Shown: positions 54,079 through 64,000, counted from the first letter of the stretch. The stretch: DNA of 64,000 bases from Clostridia bacterium (GCA_017450945.1 JAFSSP010000020.1:32954-96953), one strand, 5' to 3'. Numbers and translations are program-made. The notes: a model not told the origin generated them from the letters alone.

Positions 54079-56073
54079 TCAAACGGGAATCGGATCCTTC
54101 TTTTGATCGGCTTCTTTCATTTCTTCGGCTTTGGCCGCTTCGGCGTTGATCTCCTCGGGGCGCTTGAAGGTCGGCACCACGCGGTGCATGACCTCGCGCA
54201 TGAGGTCGTCGTCTCCCTTGCCGATCGCGGCTCTGAGCACCTCGAGCTTTTTCTCGATCTCGCCGAGCGTCAGCGCCCGGTCGCGCTCCACAAAGATCTG
54301 GCTGTACTTGGTCTTATCGAGCCGTTCGTCCTTGACGAGGAGCTCCTCATAGAGTTTCTCTCCCGGACGAAGTCCGGTTTCGATGATGTCGATATCCACG
54401 TAGGGTTCGTATCCAGATAGGCGAATGATGTTTTCGGCCATTTCCAGGATCTTGACCGGCTTGCCCATATCGAGCACGAAGAGTTCGCCGTTCTGCGCCA
54501 TGGCTCCCGACTGGAGCACGAGCTGGCTGGCTTCCGGGATGGTCATGAAATAGCGGATGATGCGCTTGTCGGTCACCGTGATGGGGCCGCCGTTTGCGAT
54601 CTGCCGCTTGAAGAGCGGAATGACCGAGCCCGCACTGCCAAGCACATTTCCGAAGCGCGTTGCGCTGAAGGTCGAATAGGCCGAGGTGGCGCTGTGCGCC
54701 TGCACGATCATCTCGCAAAGGCGTTTGGTGGCTCCCATGACGTTGGTGGGGTTGACCGCCTTGTCGGTCGAAACCATCATGAAGCGATCCACGCGATACT
54801 GCTCGGAAAGCTCCACGCAGTTGAGCGTGCCAAAGACATTGTTTGCAACCGCTTCGCAACAGTTGTGCTCCATGAGCGGCACGTGCTTGTGCGCGGCGGC
54901 GTGAAGCACCACCTGCGGATGATAGGCCGCAAACACGCGCTCAAGCGCCGGTCTGTCACAGACCGAAAGGATCTCGACCTGCAAGTCCAGCTTGTTGCCG
55001 TAAGCGATCTTCAGCTCCTGCTGAATATCATATGCGCCATTCTCGCAAACGTCGAGCACAATCAGCTTTTTCGGCTTCATCGAAGCGACCTGACGGCAAA
55101 GCTCGGAACCGATCGATCCGCCGCCGCCGGTGATGAGGATCACCTTGTTGCGATAGTATTCTCTTGTATCGTCGTCGATCACGTCAACTTCCTTGCGGAA
55201 GAGCAACTCTTCAATATCAAACTCGCGCAGGGTGCGCTTGCCTTCCCCGGTCGTGTAGGCAGTCGGATAGTCGTAAACCTTGATCTTGCACCCGGTGCTC
55301 TTATACTGATCGTATAGCGCCTTCTTTTCTTCGGCGGTTTTGGTCGGAATGGCAATGATGATCTCCTGAATGCCAAAGCGGACGACCGCCTCTTCCTTCC
55401 GGCTTTCGTTCAAAACCGGGATCCCGATCAATTCGCGGCCGATCTTCGAGGGGTTTGCTTCAAAGAACACGCAGGGCAGATAGGTTGCGTTGGGGTTACT
55501 GATGAGTTCCTCGGCAAGCGTGGAACCGGTGCGGCCGGCGCCCACGATGGCGACCTTGATCTTGCGTTTTTCGGCGTCCAGTTCCTCTTTGGTGGCCGGC
55601 TGGATCTCGGTACCGGTGAAAATTTTCATAACACGGCGCAAAATCGCATGGAACTTGCCAGGATTGGAACCGTAGCGGTAGATGTAGAGGTAGGCCATAC
55701 GCATAAAAGTACAGCCCACGAGGTTCAGGCAGATCACTGAGAGAAAATCAACAAAAGCAATGATGATTTCATCCGGGAACATCCTTTGAATGATGTAATA
55801 GAGCGCGCCGCCCGAAAGATCGGCGACAAACAGTCTTGCATAGGCCTGCATACTGCCATAACGCCAGATCTGCTGGTAAACCTTGAGGACCAGCCTTGCC
55901 GCGAATAAACAGAGAAGACAAATTCCGAACTGGATCCAGAACTTGGCCGTGCCCGGATAGATTCCGCGAATCAAGAATATGGTAAGGAGAGAACCTACAT
56001 ATACCACAAAATCAAACAGACAAAGGCGCCATTTGATGCCTTGCGCGCTTTGGCGCATGGTTCCGTTTTTCAC
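54079..56073 (-). CDS. Membrane-anchored polysaccharide biosynthesis NDP-sugar 4,6-dehydratase/epimerase (CapD/PglF/WbpM-like)
   Basis: Four N-terminal transmembrane segments, then two Rossmann regions (VAIVGAGRTGS; ILITGGGGSIGSEL) and PLFKRQI. The start is uncertain: GTG 56073 has RBS GGAAAGGA, and ATG 56058 is the alternative. Confidence 0.85.
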   Translation of the reverse strand: MKNGTMRQSAQGIKWRLCLFDFVVYVGSLLTIFLIRGIYPGTAKFWIQFGICLLCLFAARLVLKVYQQIWRYGSMQAYARLFVADLSGGALYYIIQRMFPDEIIIAFVDFLSVICLNLVGCTFMRMAYLYIYRYGSNPGKFHAILRRVMKIFTGTEIQPATKEELDAEKRKIKVAIVGAGRTGSTLAEELISNPNATYLPCVFFEANPSKIGRELIGIPVLNESRKEEAVVRFGIQEIIIAIPTKTAEEKKALYDQYKSTGCKIKVYDYPTAYTTGEGKRTLREFDIEELLFRKEVDVIDDDTREYYRNKVILITGGGGSIGSELCRQVASMKPKKLIVLDVCENGAYDIQQELKIAYGNKLDLQVEILSVCDRPALERVFAAYHPQVVLHAAAHKHVPLMEHNCCEAVANNVFGTLNCVELSEQYRVDRFMMVSTDKAVNPTNVMGATKRLCEMIVQAHSATSAYSTFSATRFGNVLGSAGSVIPLFKRQIANGGPITVTDKRIIRYFMTIPEASQLVLQSGAMAQNGELFVLDMGKPVKILEMAENIIRLSGYEPYVDIDIIETGLRPGEKLYEELLVKDERLDKTKYSQIFVERDRALTLGEIEKKLEVLRAAIGKGDDDLMREVMHRVVPTFKRPEEINAEAAKAEEMKEADQKKDPIPV

Positions 56074-56235
56074 GATCGTTTCCTTTCCTAAAAAGACATA
56101 CCTGTCTATAGTTGAGTTCAGTATATCATAAAATCTTTCAATTGTCAATCGAAAAAGACTTCCATTTTTTCCTCTTTTCATAAAAAAGCGAAAAAAACCA
56201 TATAGTGGGGCAAATCAATCCGGCGGGAGGTCACA

Positions 56236-58896
56236 ATGGTAAGGAGCAAACAAACCCCGGCTTTGCGGGGACTCACCGAAGAAGAAGTCCTGCAATCAAG
56301 GCGCAAAAATGGCGAAAACCGGCTGACAAAACAAAAGAAAAAACCTTTTATTTTGCAATTTTTTTCCAATCTCAACGACCCTGTTATCCGGATCCTCATC
56401 GGCGCCATGGCAGTCAACCTTTTGCTTCTTTTCCGCTCGGCCGACTGGATGGAGACCGCCGGGATTGGAGGCGCGGTACTGCTTGCCACGCTCGTTTCGA
56501 CCCTGTCCGAATACGGCTCGCAAAAAGCCTTTGAACGGCTTTCGATGGAAAGTGCAAACCGCCTGTCCCGCGTTTACAGGAATGGGAAACTGACCGAGCT
56601 TCCAAGTGCGGAGCTTGTGGCGGGCGATCTTGTCCCGCTTTCGGCAGGCGACGCGGTACCGGCCGACGGAAGGATCATAGAAGGATCTGTCACAGTCGAT
56701 CAATCGGCCCTGACCGGAGAGGCAAAAGAGGTCGAAAAGCGTCCCGGAAAAGAGACAGCCGCCCTCCCCTCTTCGCCCGCTTTTCTCTTTCGCGGGAGCA
56801 ATCTGCTCTCGGGCGCAGGAGTCATGGAGATCACTGCCGTAGGTGACCACACCTTTCTTGGCGGCATCTCCAAAGAGATCCAATCCGAGCAAAGAGAAAG
56901 CCCTCTTAGGCGCAGGCTCTCAAAGCTCGCGCGTCAGATCAGCCGGGTCGGGTACGTGGCGTCGGTCCTGGTTGCGCTCGCCTATCTGTTTCAGGTTTTC
57001 GTGTTGCAAAGCGGGAAAAACCCCGAAGTGATCCTTTTCAAGCTGACCAATCTTCCCTATCTCTTTACCCAGCTTCTCCACGCCTTTACGCTGGCGCTGA
57101 CCGTGCTCGTCGTCGCCGTCCCGGAGGGACTGCCGATGATGGTGGCGGTCGTGCTCTCCTCGAACGTCCGCAGGATGATCCGCGATAAGGTGCTGGTCAG
57201 AAAAGCGGTCGGGATCGAGGCGGCCGGCAGTATGAGCCTCTTGTTTACCGACAAGACCGGGACGCTGACCGAGGGCAAAATGAAGGTAGACGGATTTTGG
57301 CTTCCGGACGGAAGTTATAAAAAAAGGCTTCCCGAGGATGCCTGCGGCCGCCTTCTTTCGATCGTGTTTGCACATATCACAGAGGCAAAACGAGGAATCG
57401 GCACCGATGGAAAGCCCGCCATCCTCGGCGGAAACGGAACTGAACGCGCACTTCTCGAAAGCCTTGAAAACAAAGCCACTCCCGCCTGCCGTGTTCTCTC
57501 TTATCTTCCGTTTGACAGCACCCGAAAATACGCGGCGGCAACGCTTGCCTGTCCCGAGCGCACGACTCTGCTTCTCGGCGCGCCCGAGTTTCTGCTTCCG
57601 CAGGTCAAAAGCGAGCTTTTCCCGGACGGATCCATCCAAAAAAGCAGCCGCGCAAAGTATGAACAGGCACTCGCCCGATTGACCGAAGAGGGCTGTCGTG
57701 TGATCGCGCTTGCGATCTCCTCCGACGGACTTGACGCAACTCGCCACGCCGTCTCGCCCGCAGGCGACCTGACGCTTGTGGGACTTGCCGCATTGCGCGA
57801 CCCGCTCCGAAGCGACGCAAAGGATTCGGTGAGAATTCTGCAATCGGCCGGGATACAGGTGGTGATGATCACCGGTGACAATCCGAAAACCGCCGAAAGC
57901 ATTGCAAAAAGCAGTGGCATTCTGACAAAAGAGCGACCACGGGTCGTGACCGGTGAAGAACTTTCCCGCCTCTCGGACAGAGAGGTCAAAGAGCTTTTGC
58001 CTCGTCTTGCGGCGGTCGCCCGTGCGCTCCCGGGCGACAAAAGCCGCCTCGTGCGGCTTGCCGAAGAGGCGGGAGAGGTGGTCGGCATGACCGGAGACGG
58101 CATCAACGACGCGCCGGCGCTGAGGCTCTCCGACGTCGGTTTTGCCATGGGAAGCGGCACGCAGGTGGCCAAGGACGCGGGGGATATCGTCATTCTCGAC
58201 AACCGGCTTTCCTCGCTTGCAAAAGCCGTTCTTTACGGTCGGACGATCTTCAAGAGCATCCGCAAATTCATTACCTTGCAGCTCACCATGAATTTCTGCG
58301 CCGTGGCCATCACGATGATCTGCCCTTTTCTCGGAATTGAGACACCGATCACGGTGGTGCAGATGCTTTGGATCAACCTGATCATGGATACGCTCGGCGG
58401 GCTTGCCTTTGCCGGAGAAGCGCCGCTCCCGGATACCATGGAAGAGCCTCCCAAGCGTCGCGACGAGCCGATCCTCAACCGCTACATGGTCAACGAGATC
58501 CTGCTCCTCGGCTCTTTTACGGTGGGGCTTTTGCTTTGGTTCCTAAAATCCTCTGCCATCTCTGCGATCTTTCGTTCTTCGTCTGATCAGATCTACCATT
58601 TGACCGCCTTTTTCGTGCTCTTTATCTTCTCCTCGGTCTTCAACTGCTTCAACGCCAGAACCGATCGACTCAAAATGACCGCGGGGCTTGGCAAAAACCC
58701 GGTTTTCCTTTGCATCATGGCGGCGATCCTTGTCATCCAGATCGGCTTTGTCTACCTCGGCGGCCCAGTTCTGCGCACTTCTCCCCTGACTCTGCGAGAA
58801 CTGCTCCCCACGCTCGCCCTCTCGCTCTCGGTCTTCCCGGCCGAACTCTGCCGCAAAGCCCTTTGGCGCTTGCGTGGGAAAAGGAGCGGGTATTAA
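56236..58896 (+). CDS. Cation-transporting P-type ATPase (P2-type, Ca2+-ATPase-like)
   Basis: Phosphorylation motif DKTGTLT, MITGDN, and the hinge GDGINDAPAL. Ten predicted transmembrane segments is the family norm; I did not count them. RBS GGGAGG. Confidence 0.9.
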   Translation: MVRSKQTPALRGLTEEEVLQSRRKNGENRLTKQKKKPFILQFFSNLNDPVIRILIGAMAVNLLLLFRSADWMETAGIGGAVLLATLVSTLSEYGSQKAFERLSMESANRLSRVYRNGKLTELPSAELVAGDLVPLSAGDAVPADGRIIEGSVTVDQSALTGEAKEVEKRPGKETAALPSSPAFLFRGSNLLSGAGVMEITAVGDHTFLGGISKEIQSEQRESPLRRRLSKLARQISRVGYVASVLVALAYLFQVFVLQSGKNPEVILFKLTNLPYLFTQLLHAFTLALTVLVVAVPEGLPMMVAVVLSSNVRRMIRDKVLVRKAVGIEAAGSMSLLFTDKTGTLTEGKMKVDGFWLPDGSYKKRLPEDACGRLLSIVFAHITEAKRGIGTDGKPAILGGNGTERALLESLENKATPACRVLSYLPFDSTRKYAAATLACPERTTLLLGAPEFLLPQVKSELFPDGSIQKSSRAKYEQALARLTEEGCRVIALAISSDGLDATRHAVSPAGDLTLVGLAALRDPLRSDAKDSVRILQSAGIQVVMITGDNPKTAESIAKSSGILTKERPRVVTGEELSRLSDREVKELLPRLAAVARALPGDKSRLVRLAEEAGEVVGMTGDGINDAPALRLSDVGFAMGSGTQVAKDAGDIVILDNRLSSLAKAVLYGRTIFKSIRKFITLQLTMNFCAVAITMICPFLGIETPITVVQMLWINLIMDTLGGLAFAGEAPLPDTMEEPPKRRDEPILNRYMVNEILLLGSFTVGLLLWFLKSSAISAIFRSSSDQIYHLTAFFVLFIFSSVFNCFNARTDRLKMTAGLGKNPVFLCIMAAILVIQIGFVYLGGPVLRTSPLTLRELLPTLALSLSVFPAELCRKALWRLRGKRSGY

Positions 58897-58897
58897 G

Positions 58898-58958
58898 GAA
58901 AAATGCGGGGAAACCTTTTTGCGAAAAAAAGGTTTCCCCGCACCCCTTCGAAAAAACG
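58898..58958. repeat. Palindromic terminator-like repeat element, copy 2. On the minus strand it is the likely terminator of whiA-dnaE-HAD.
   Basis: GAAAAATGCGGGGAAACC...GGTTTCCCCGCACCCCTTCGAAAAAAC is nearly identical to 11316-11378. The minus-strand reading ends in ATTTTT. Confidence 0.7.
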
Positions 58959-58973
58959 ACCAAACGAAAGGTT

Positions 58974-59657
58974 TTAACAGCCTTTCAAAAGCATTGGCAG
59001 TTCGGATAATTTTTGGATGGTATAATCCGGCTTGATCCTGCCGGGGTCTTGGCCCTTTGGCGAAAACCAGCAGGTTTTGATCCCTGCGTTTTTGCCGCCG
59101 AGGATATCCGAGGACAGGCTGTCGCCGACAAGCAGGGCCTCGTCCTTGGAAAAGCCGGGGATGCGAGCAAAGCAGTAGTCGAAAAACTCCTTTTGCGGCT
59201 TGACAAAACCGATTTCTTCCGAGAGGAAAATTCCTTCAAAATAATGCTCGATCCCGGCACTTGCCAGCCGTCCTCGCTGGACGGCGGTGGTTCCGTTGGA
59301 GACGAGAAACAGGCGATAGTCCGGGACAAGCCTTTCCAGGAGTTCTTGCGCGCCCTCGACGAAAAAGTGGCCTTTTGCAAGATTCTCTTCGTAGGTTGTG
59401 CGCAGGATTGCCGGATCGGTTTTGATCCCAAATTCCTTGCAAAAGCGCACAAAACGGCCGAGCTTGACCTCTTCTCGGGTACATTTCCCGCGCTCCAGGC
59501 GCTTCCACTCCTCGGCGTTGATTTCGTGGTATCTTTCAATCTGTTTTTCGGTAAAGGAAACGCCAAAGTCGGTCAAAGTTCTCGTCAGCGACGCGCGCTC
59601 GGACAGGCCGAAATCGAGAATGGTATCATCAAGATCAAACAACAGAAAACGGATCAT
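58974..59657 (-). CDS. HAD-IA family hydrolase (YjjG-like nucleotidase/phosphatase)
   Basis: Motif I FDLDDTILDF, with motif II and motif III regions (SNG; GDSLSSDILGG). Confidence 0.85.
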   Translation of the reverse strand: MIRFLLFDLDDTILDFGLSERASLTRTLTDFGVSFTEKQIERYHEINAEEWKRLERGKCTREEVKLGRFVRFCKEFGIKTDPAILRTTYEENLAKGHFFVEGAQELLERLVPDYRLFLVSNGTTAVQRGRLASAGIEHYFEGIFLSEEIGFVKPQKEFFDYCFARIPGFSKDEALLVGDSLSSDILGGKNAGIKTCWFSPKGQDPGRIKPDYTIQKLSELPMLLKGC

Positions 59658-59664
59658 GCTGTCC

Positions 59665-62600
59665 TCACTGTAAAATGACGTTTTCTTTGCCGAGCAGGTT
59701 GTAAAACTCGGTCAGGACGTAGTTGTCAAGCGCGATCCCAATTGGGGTGGGACGGTACTTTTTTTCGTCGGCAAAGTAGAAATAGGCCGGGAAAGAACCT
59801 TCAAAGAGTTCGGCCAGATTGAGCGCTTTGAGATAGAGCTCTCCCCTCTCGTCCGGGACGCGCAAAAAGAGGCGGCGCGGGTTTTTCGGCGGCTCGTTTG
59901 CAGGCGTCTTTTCTTCTGCTTTTTCCTGCCTTGGTTCGAGCTTTTTTGCTTTTTCTTCGTGAAAATCGCGGTTTTCGACAAGCGGCTCGATCCTGTTTAC
60001 AAGGAGTTTCGGCGCTTCGTCCTCGCGAATAGAGAGTGTCCCCTCGACGTACACGCCTCGGTCGGCGCCAATCAGGTGCGCGTACTCGGAAAACTGTTTG
60101 GAAAAGGCGACGCACTCGATCTCGGACATGCGATCCTCGAGCGTAAAGAAGGCCATGCGGCGGCTGTTCTTGGTGGTTTTGAGCGTGACCGAAGTGATCA
60201 TACCGGCAAGACGCAAGGTCGCTTTATCCGGAATATCGTTGTCCTCGTCGAGCACAAAAGAGATCGGGTCGGGTTTCAGAAAATCGAGGTGTTTGGAATA
60301 GCCGTCGAGCAGATTCCCAGAGAAATAAAGCCCTGTCGCTTCCTTTTCCATGAGGAGCTTTTCGCGGACGCCGAACTCGGGAATTTCCGGGTATTCGACC
60401 TCGGGAGCAAGATCAGGAGACGCGACCGAGAACATATCGAGCTGGCCCGAGAGGTTGTTGCGACTGCGGTCGGCGGCGCGGTCGATCATGCGCTCGTAGA
60501 TGGCGATCATCCGGCTGCGATAAGTGCCGAGCCGGTCAAAGGCCCCGGCCTTGAGGAGCGACTCGACCATGCGTTTGTTGAGTTCTCCGGCCGGCATGCG
60601 GTTGATAAAATCGGCAAACGAGGCAAATTTCCCGTGCTTGCGCTCGGCAAGCAGTTCTTCAAGGAATTGTTTGCCCACGTTCTTGACGGCGAGAAGGCCA
60701 AAGCGGATATCCTTTCCGCTGACCGAGAAATAGGGGCGGCTCTCGTTGATATCGGGAGGTAGCACCGAGATTCCGCGCGCGGTCGCCTCCGAAATATACT
60801 CGGCGATCTTTGCCTGGTTGCCGAGTACGCTGGTCAGCAGAGCGGCAAAATACTCTTTCGGGTAGTGGCATTTGAGATAGGCCGTGCGGTAGGAGATGAG
60901 CGCGTAGGCCGCCGCGTGCGATTTGTTGAAAGCGTAGTTGGCAAAGCTCTCCATATCCGAGAAGAGCTTTTCCGCAATTCCCTTTTCCACGCCGCGCTCG
61001 ACAGCGCCCGCAACAAAGGCTTCCCGCTCTGCAAGCAGGACGTCGGCCTTCTTTTTGGACATGGCTCTGCGCACCACGTCGGCGTGTCCGAAGGTGTATC
61101 CCGCAACCTCGCGGAAGATCTGCATAACCTGCTCCTGGTAGATCACGCAACCGTAGGTTGAGGAAAGGATCGGTTCGAGCAAGGGCGTTGCGTATTGGAC
61201 TTTTTCGGGGTGATGACGGCACTCGATGAAGGTTGGGATCGAATCCATCGGCCCCGGACGGTAGAGGGCGATCGCGGCGATCACGTCACAGATCTCCTCG
61301 GGTTGCAGGTTCTGAAGCATTTGCTTCATGCCGCCCGACTCAAGCTGGAAAACACCGCTCGTTTTGCCCGAAGAGATGAGTTTGTAGGTTTCTTGATCGT
61401 CGAGAGACAGTTTCTCGAGCGAAAAATCGGGCTGACTCTCGCGGATCTGCATCTCGGCGTCGTGGAGAATGGTCAAATATCTGAGCGCGAGAAAATCGAA
61501 CTTGAGCAGTCCGAGCTTGGCGATCGTATCCATATCGTATTGCGTCACGACCGTCCCGTTGCTGACGGCAAGCGGTACGTAGTCGTAGACCGGGCGGTCT
61601 GTGATGACCACTCCGGCCGCGTGGATCGACATGTTGCGGGGCATTCCCTCAAGCGCCATCGCCCGGTTGACCAGCTCCTGCACCTTGGGCGAGTTGTCAT
61701 ACTGCGCTTTTAGGTCTTGCCCCTTCAGCGCGTCGGCGATCGTGATGCCAAGCTCCTGCGGGATCGCCTTTGCCACCACATCCACGTCGGCATAGGACAT
61801 GCCGAGCGCGCGGCCCACGTCGCGGATCGCGGCGCGTGCGGCCATGGTGCCGAAGGTGATGATCTGCGAGACGTGATCTTCTCCATAGCGTCTGCCGACG
61901 TAGGCAAACACCTCGTCCCTACGGTTGTAGCAGAAGTCCACGTCGATATCCGGCATGCTGACTCGCTCGGGGTTGAGAAAACGCTCAAAGAGCAGATCGA
62001 ATTTGATCGAATCCACGTCGGTGATCCCAAGCGCAAAAGCCACAAGGCTCCCCGCGCCCGATCCACGTCCGGGGCCGACCGGGATATCCTTGCTCTTGGC
62101 AAAATTGACATAGTCCTGCACGATGAGAAAATAGTCGGCGTATCCCATTTTTTCAATGACCGTAAGCTCGTACTCGATGCGCGACTCATATTCCTCTCTT
62201 GTATGATCCGAGAAGACAATCTCGCCTTTTGCGATCCTTGATTCAAAGCCCTCGTAGGTCAAGCGGCGCAGATACTCCGGCGCGCTCTTTCCTCCGGGAC
62301 ATTGAAACCGCGGCAGGTAGGTCGTGGAAAAATCGAAATCCACCGAGCAGCGCTCGGCGATTCTTGCGGTGTTCGCGATCGCCTCGGGATAGGCCGCAAA
62401 CAGGTTCTCCATCTCCTCGGTGCTCTTGAGATAAAACTCGTCGGTCGCAAAGGCGGCAGGGCGGCCCGACTCCACGGTCGTATTGGTCTGAATGCACATG
62501 AGGATTGCCTGAGTCGCCGCGTCCTCGCGTCTGAGATAATGGCAGTCGTTGGTCGCCACGAGCGGAAGCCCGCAGACCTCGGCAAAATGAACGAGCCTTG

Positions 62601-63162
62601 GGAGAACCACCCGCTGTTCGGGCAGGCCGTGGTTCTGAATTTCGATATAAAAATGATCTTTCCCGAAAATGCTGGAATAAAGCCGCGCGCTTTCCACGGC
62701 ACGGTCATATTCGCCTTTTGCAAGCAGTTTCGGGATCTTTCCGCCAAGGCAGGCCGAGAGCGCGATGAGGCCCTCGGAATGGTTGCGAAGTAGTTCTTCA
62801 TCGACGCGCGGCTTGTTGTAAAATCCCTCGGTGAAGGATTTTGATACCATGGCAATGAGGTTTTTGTAGCCGGTCATATTCTCGCAGAGGAGTACCAGAT
62901 GATCGGCATATCCGTCCGGGCGATAGGTCTTGTCAAAGCGCGATTCGGGCGCGACGTAGACCTCGCAGCCGATGATCGGTTTTACCCCTTCGGCGCGGCA
63001 GGCGTTATAAAAGGCAACCGCTCCGTAAAGCACGCCGTGATCGGTGATGGCAACGGCATCCTGCCCGCATTCCTTGACCCGCTTCGGGATCTCCTTGACC
63101 CGGCAGGCGCCGTCGAGCAGACTGTATTCGCTGTGCAGATGCAGATGGACAAATCCACTCAT
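59665..63162 (-). CDS. dnaE: DNA polymerase III alpha subunit (DnaE type)
   Basis: N-terminal PHP domain FVHLHLHSEYSLLDG, polymerase core (PDIDVDF), and a C-terminal OB fold. 1,165 aa. Confidence 0.96.
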   Translation of the reverse strand: MSGFVHLHLHSEYSLLDGACRVKEIPKRVKECGQDAVAITDHGVLYGAVAFYNACRAEGVKPIIGCEVYVAPESRFDKTYRPDGYADHLVLLCENMTGYKNLIAMVSKSFTEGFYNKPRVDEELLRNHSEGLIALSACLGGKIPKLLAKGEYDRAVESARLYSSIFGKDHFYIEIQNHGLPEQRVVLPRLVHFAEVCGLPLVATNDCHYLRREDAATQAILMCIQTNTTVESGRPAAFATDEFYLKSTEEMENLFAAYPEAIANTARIAERCSVDFDFSTTYLPRFQCPGGKSAPEYLRRLTYEGFESRIAKGEIVFSDHTREEYESRIEYELTVIEKMGYADYFLIVQDYVNFAKSKDIPVGPGRGSGAGSLVAFALGITDVDSIKFDLLFERFLNPERVSMPDIDVDFCYNRRDEVFAYVGRRYGEDHVSQIITFGTMAARAAIRDVGRALGMSYADVDVVAKAIPQELGITIADALKGQDLKAQYDNSPKVQELVNRAMALEGMPRNMSIHAAGVVITDRPVYDYVPLAVSNGTVVTQYDMDTIAKLGLLKFDFLALRYLTILHDAEMQIRESQPDFSLEKLSLDDQETYKLISSGKTSGVFQLESGGMKQMLQNLQPEEICDVIAAIALYRPGPMDSIPTFIECRHHPEKVQYATPLLEPILSSTYGCVIYQEQVMQIFREVAGYTFGHADVVRRAMSKKKADVLLAEREAFVAGAVERGVEKGIAEKLFSDMESFANYAFNKSHAAAYALISYRTAYLKCHYPKEYFAALLTSVLGNQAKIAEYISEATARGISVLPPDINESRPYFSVSGKDIRFGLLAVKNVGKQFLEELLAERKHGKFASFADFINRMPAGELNKRMVESLLKAGAFDRLGTYRSRMIAIYERMIDRAADRSRNNLSGQLDMFSVASPDLAPEVEYPEIPEFGVREKLLMEKEATGLYFSGNLLDGYSKHLDFLKPDPISFVLDEDNDIPDKATLRLAGMITSVTLKTTKNSRRMAFFTLEDRMSEIECVAFSKQFSEYAHLIGADRGVYVEGTLSIREDEAPKLLVNRIEPLVENRDFHEEKAKKLEPRQEKAEEKTPANEPPKNPRRLFLRVPDERGELYLKALNLAELFEGSFPAYFYFADEKKYRPTPIGIALDNYVLTEFYNLLGKENVILQ

Positions 63163-64000
63163 ACGCGGCCTCCTCCGTTCTTTTCGGCTTCTTCTATGAT
63201 TTTTTGCAGACGGTGATTGACCCCCGAGCGCGAGACGGCCGGGGTGTGCATGGAAGCGAGCTCCGAGAGCGTTGCGTCGGGGTTCTCGTACCTGAGCTTC
63301 GCCGTGATCTGCAGGGGCGTGTCCAGCCGGTCAAACAGGCCTTGCGAAAGAAGAAATGCAATGGCCTCGACCTGCTTTTGCGAGGCCGAAACGTATTTTT
63401 CGATGTTACTTGTCACGCAGTTGGTCGCCCGGTTCTCGTTGTTGCGGATATCCCGCTCGATCCGGGTGTTCATCAGTTCATAGACGACGTGATGCGAACC
63501 TGCCTGCAAAATCAGGTCTTCGATCGAAGCGCCGTCCTTGTAATAAATTCCGACGCCGCCCGGCTTTTTGCGGCACTTGGGAGGATAGCCGAGATCCGTC
63601 AGAAAAGCGGCAAGGATCTTTGCGCGCTCCTCTCCCAAGGTAAACTCGAGGTGGAGCGATTTTTTGGGATCATTGACCGTTCCGCTCGTCAGAAAAACGC
63701 TTCTCAGAAAGGCACCCTTGCAGGATTCGCAGGAAGATTTCAAAGGCTCGTCCGAAAGAAGGCTCTGGAGCTTTTTTGCGCAGGCGGGAGAAGCGACGGT
63801 CAGGTCAAAATAGCGGTGCCCGCACTTTCCGCTCTCTGCAACAGTGATGTTTTTTCCGTACTGACTCGAAAGGAGGGCGATCGCATAGTCCGCGACCGAT
63901 CGGTTGCCGGTGCGAAGTAAAATCTCGCGCTTGCCAAAGAGGTTGGCAGACAGCAAAAGGCCCATGGTTGCAAAGGCGCGGCAACAGGGCTTTTTGATTG
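63159..64000 (-). CDS. whiA: DNA-binding protein WhiA. The 5' end lies beyond the window end.
   Basis: The frame stays open upstream of the track ATG (IKKPCCRAFATMGLL..., matching the N-terminal K.CC motif of WhiA). LAGLIDADG-like middle region and a C-terminal HTH (SRSGVNHRLQKI). Confidence 0.88.
   Translation of the reverse strand, partial: IKKPCCRAFATMGLLLSANLFGKREILLRTGNRSVADYAIALLSSQYGKNITVAESGKCGHRYFDLTVASPACAKKLQSLLSDEPLKSSCESCKGAFLRSVFLTSGTVNDPKKSLHLEFTLGEERAKILAAFLTDLGYPPKCRKKPGGVGIYYKDGASIEDLILQAGSHHVVYELMNTRIERDIRNNENRATNCVTSNIEKYVSASQKQVEAIAFLLSQGLFDRLDTPLQITAKLRYENPDATLSELASMHTPAVSRSGVNHRLQKIIEEAEKNGGGRV

Overview
This is a core-chromosome window from a Firmicute, probably Clostridia-like. 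Support: sigG, whiA, a perfect CIRCE operator before groES-groEL, a glmS ribozyme, TTGACA/TATAAT-type promoters, GGAGG ribosome-binding sites (RBS), and a moderately GC-rich look by eye. I saw no rRNA, tRNA, CRISPR array, IS element, prophage or recognisable defence island. Gene order from left to right: acyl-CoA ligase (partial), GT28 glycolipid synthase, pckG, a 1,192-aa fused MacB-type ABC protein, a nucleotidyltransferase, rpsI-rplM, a small ORF with nrdR, mutY, a lipid kinase, an alanine/cation symporter, groES-groEL, two membrane proteins, and glmM / LbH acetyltransferase / glmS ribozyme / glmS. Next comes a complete minus-strand dcw cluster: mraZ-rsmH-ftsL-like-PBP-murE-murF-mraY-ftsW-small ORF-murG-ftsQ-ftsZ. 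After it lie an MBOAT plus DHHW O-acyltransferase pair, sigG, an ABC-2 exporter operon, a CAT/E2-like acyltransferase homolog, rnhA, livJHMGF, nfnAB, a CapD-like dehydratase, a P-type ATPase, a HAD hydrolase, dnaE and whiA (partial). The least explained signals are non-coding. (1) A two-hairpin repeat module occurs three times, with compensatory stem changes between copies. Two copies form an inverted pair around an AT-rich core flanked by a 10-bp direct repeat, which looks MITE-like (45899-46187). The third copy sits in a hairpin-dense 300-bp tract (51440-51736). (2) A roughly 60-nt palindromic terminator-like element is duplicated at 11316 and 58898. The protein-level candidates for undescribed biology are the ABC-2 operon whose permease ectodomain has an internal duplication, the giant MacB-type protein, the MBOAT-DHHW pair, a CAT/E2-like protein with Glu in place of the catalytic His, and a possible split GlmU. 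All calls come from reading the sequence and the ORF translations by eye. No database search was run.
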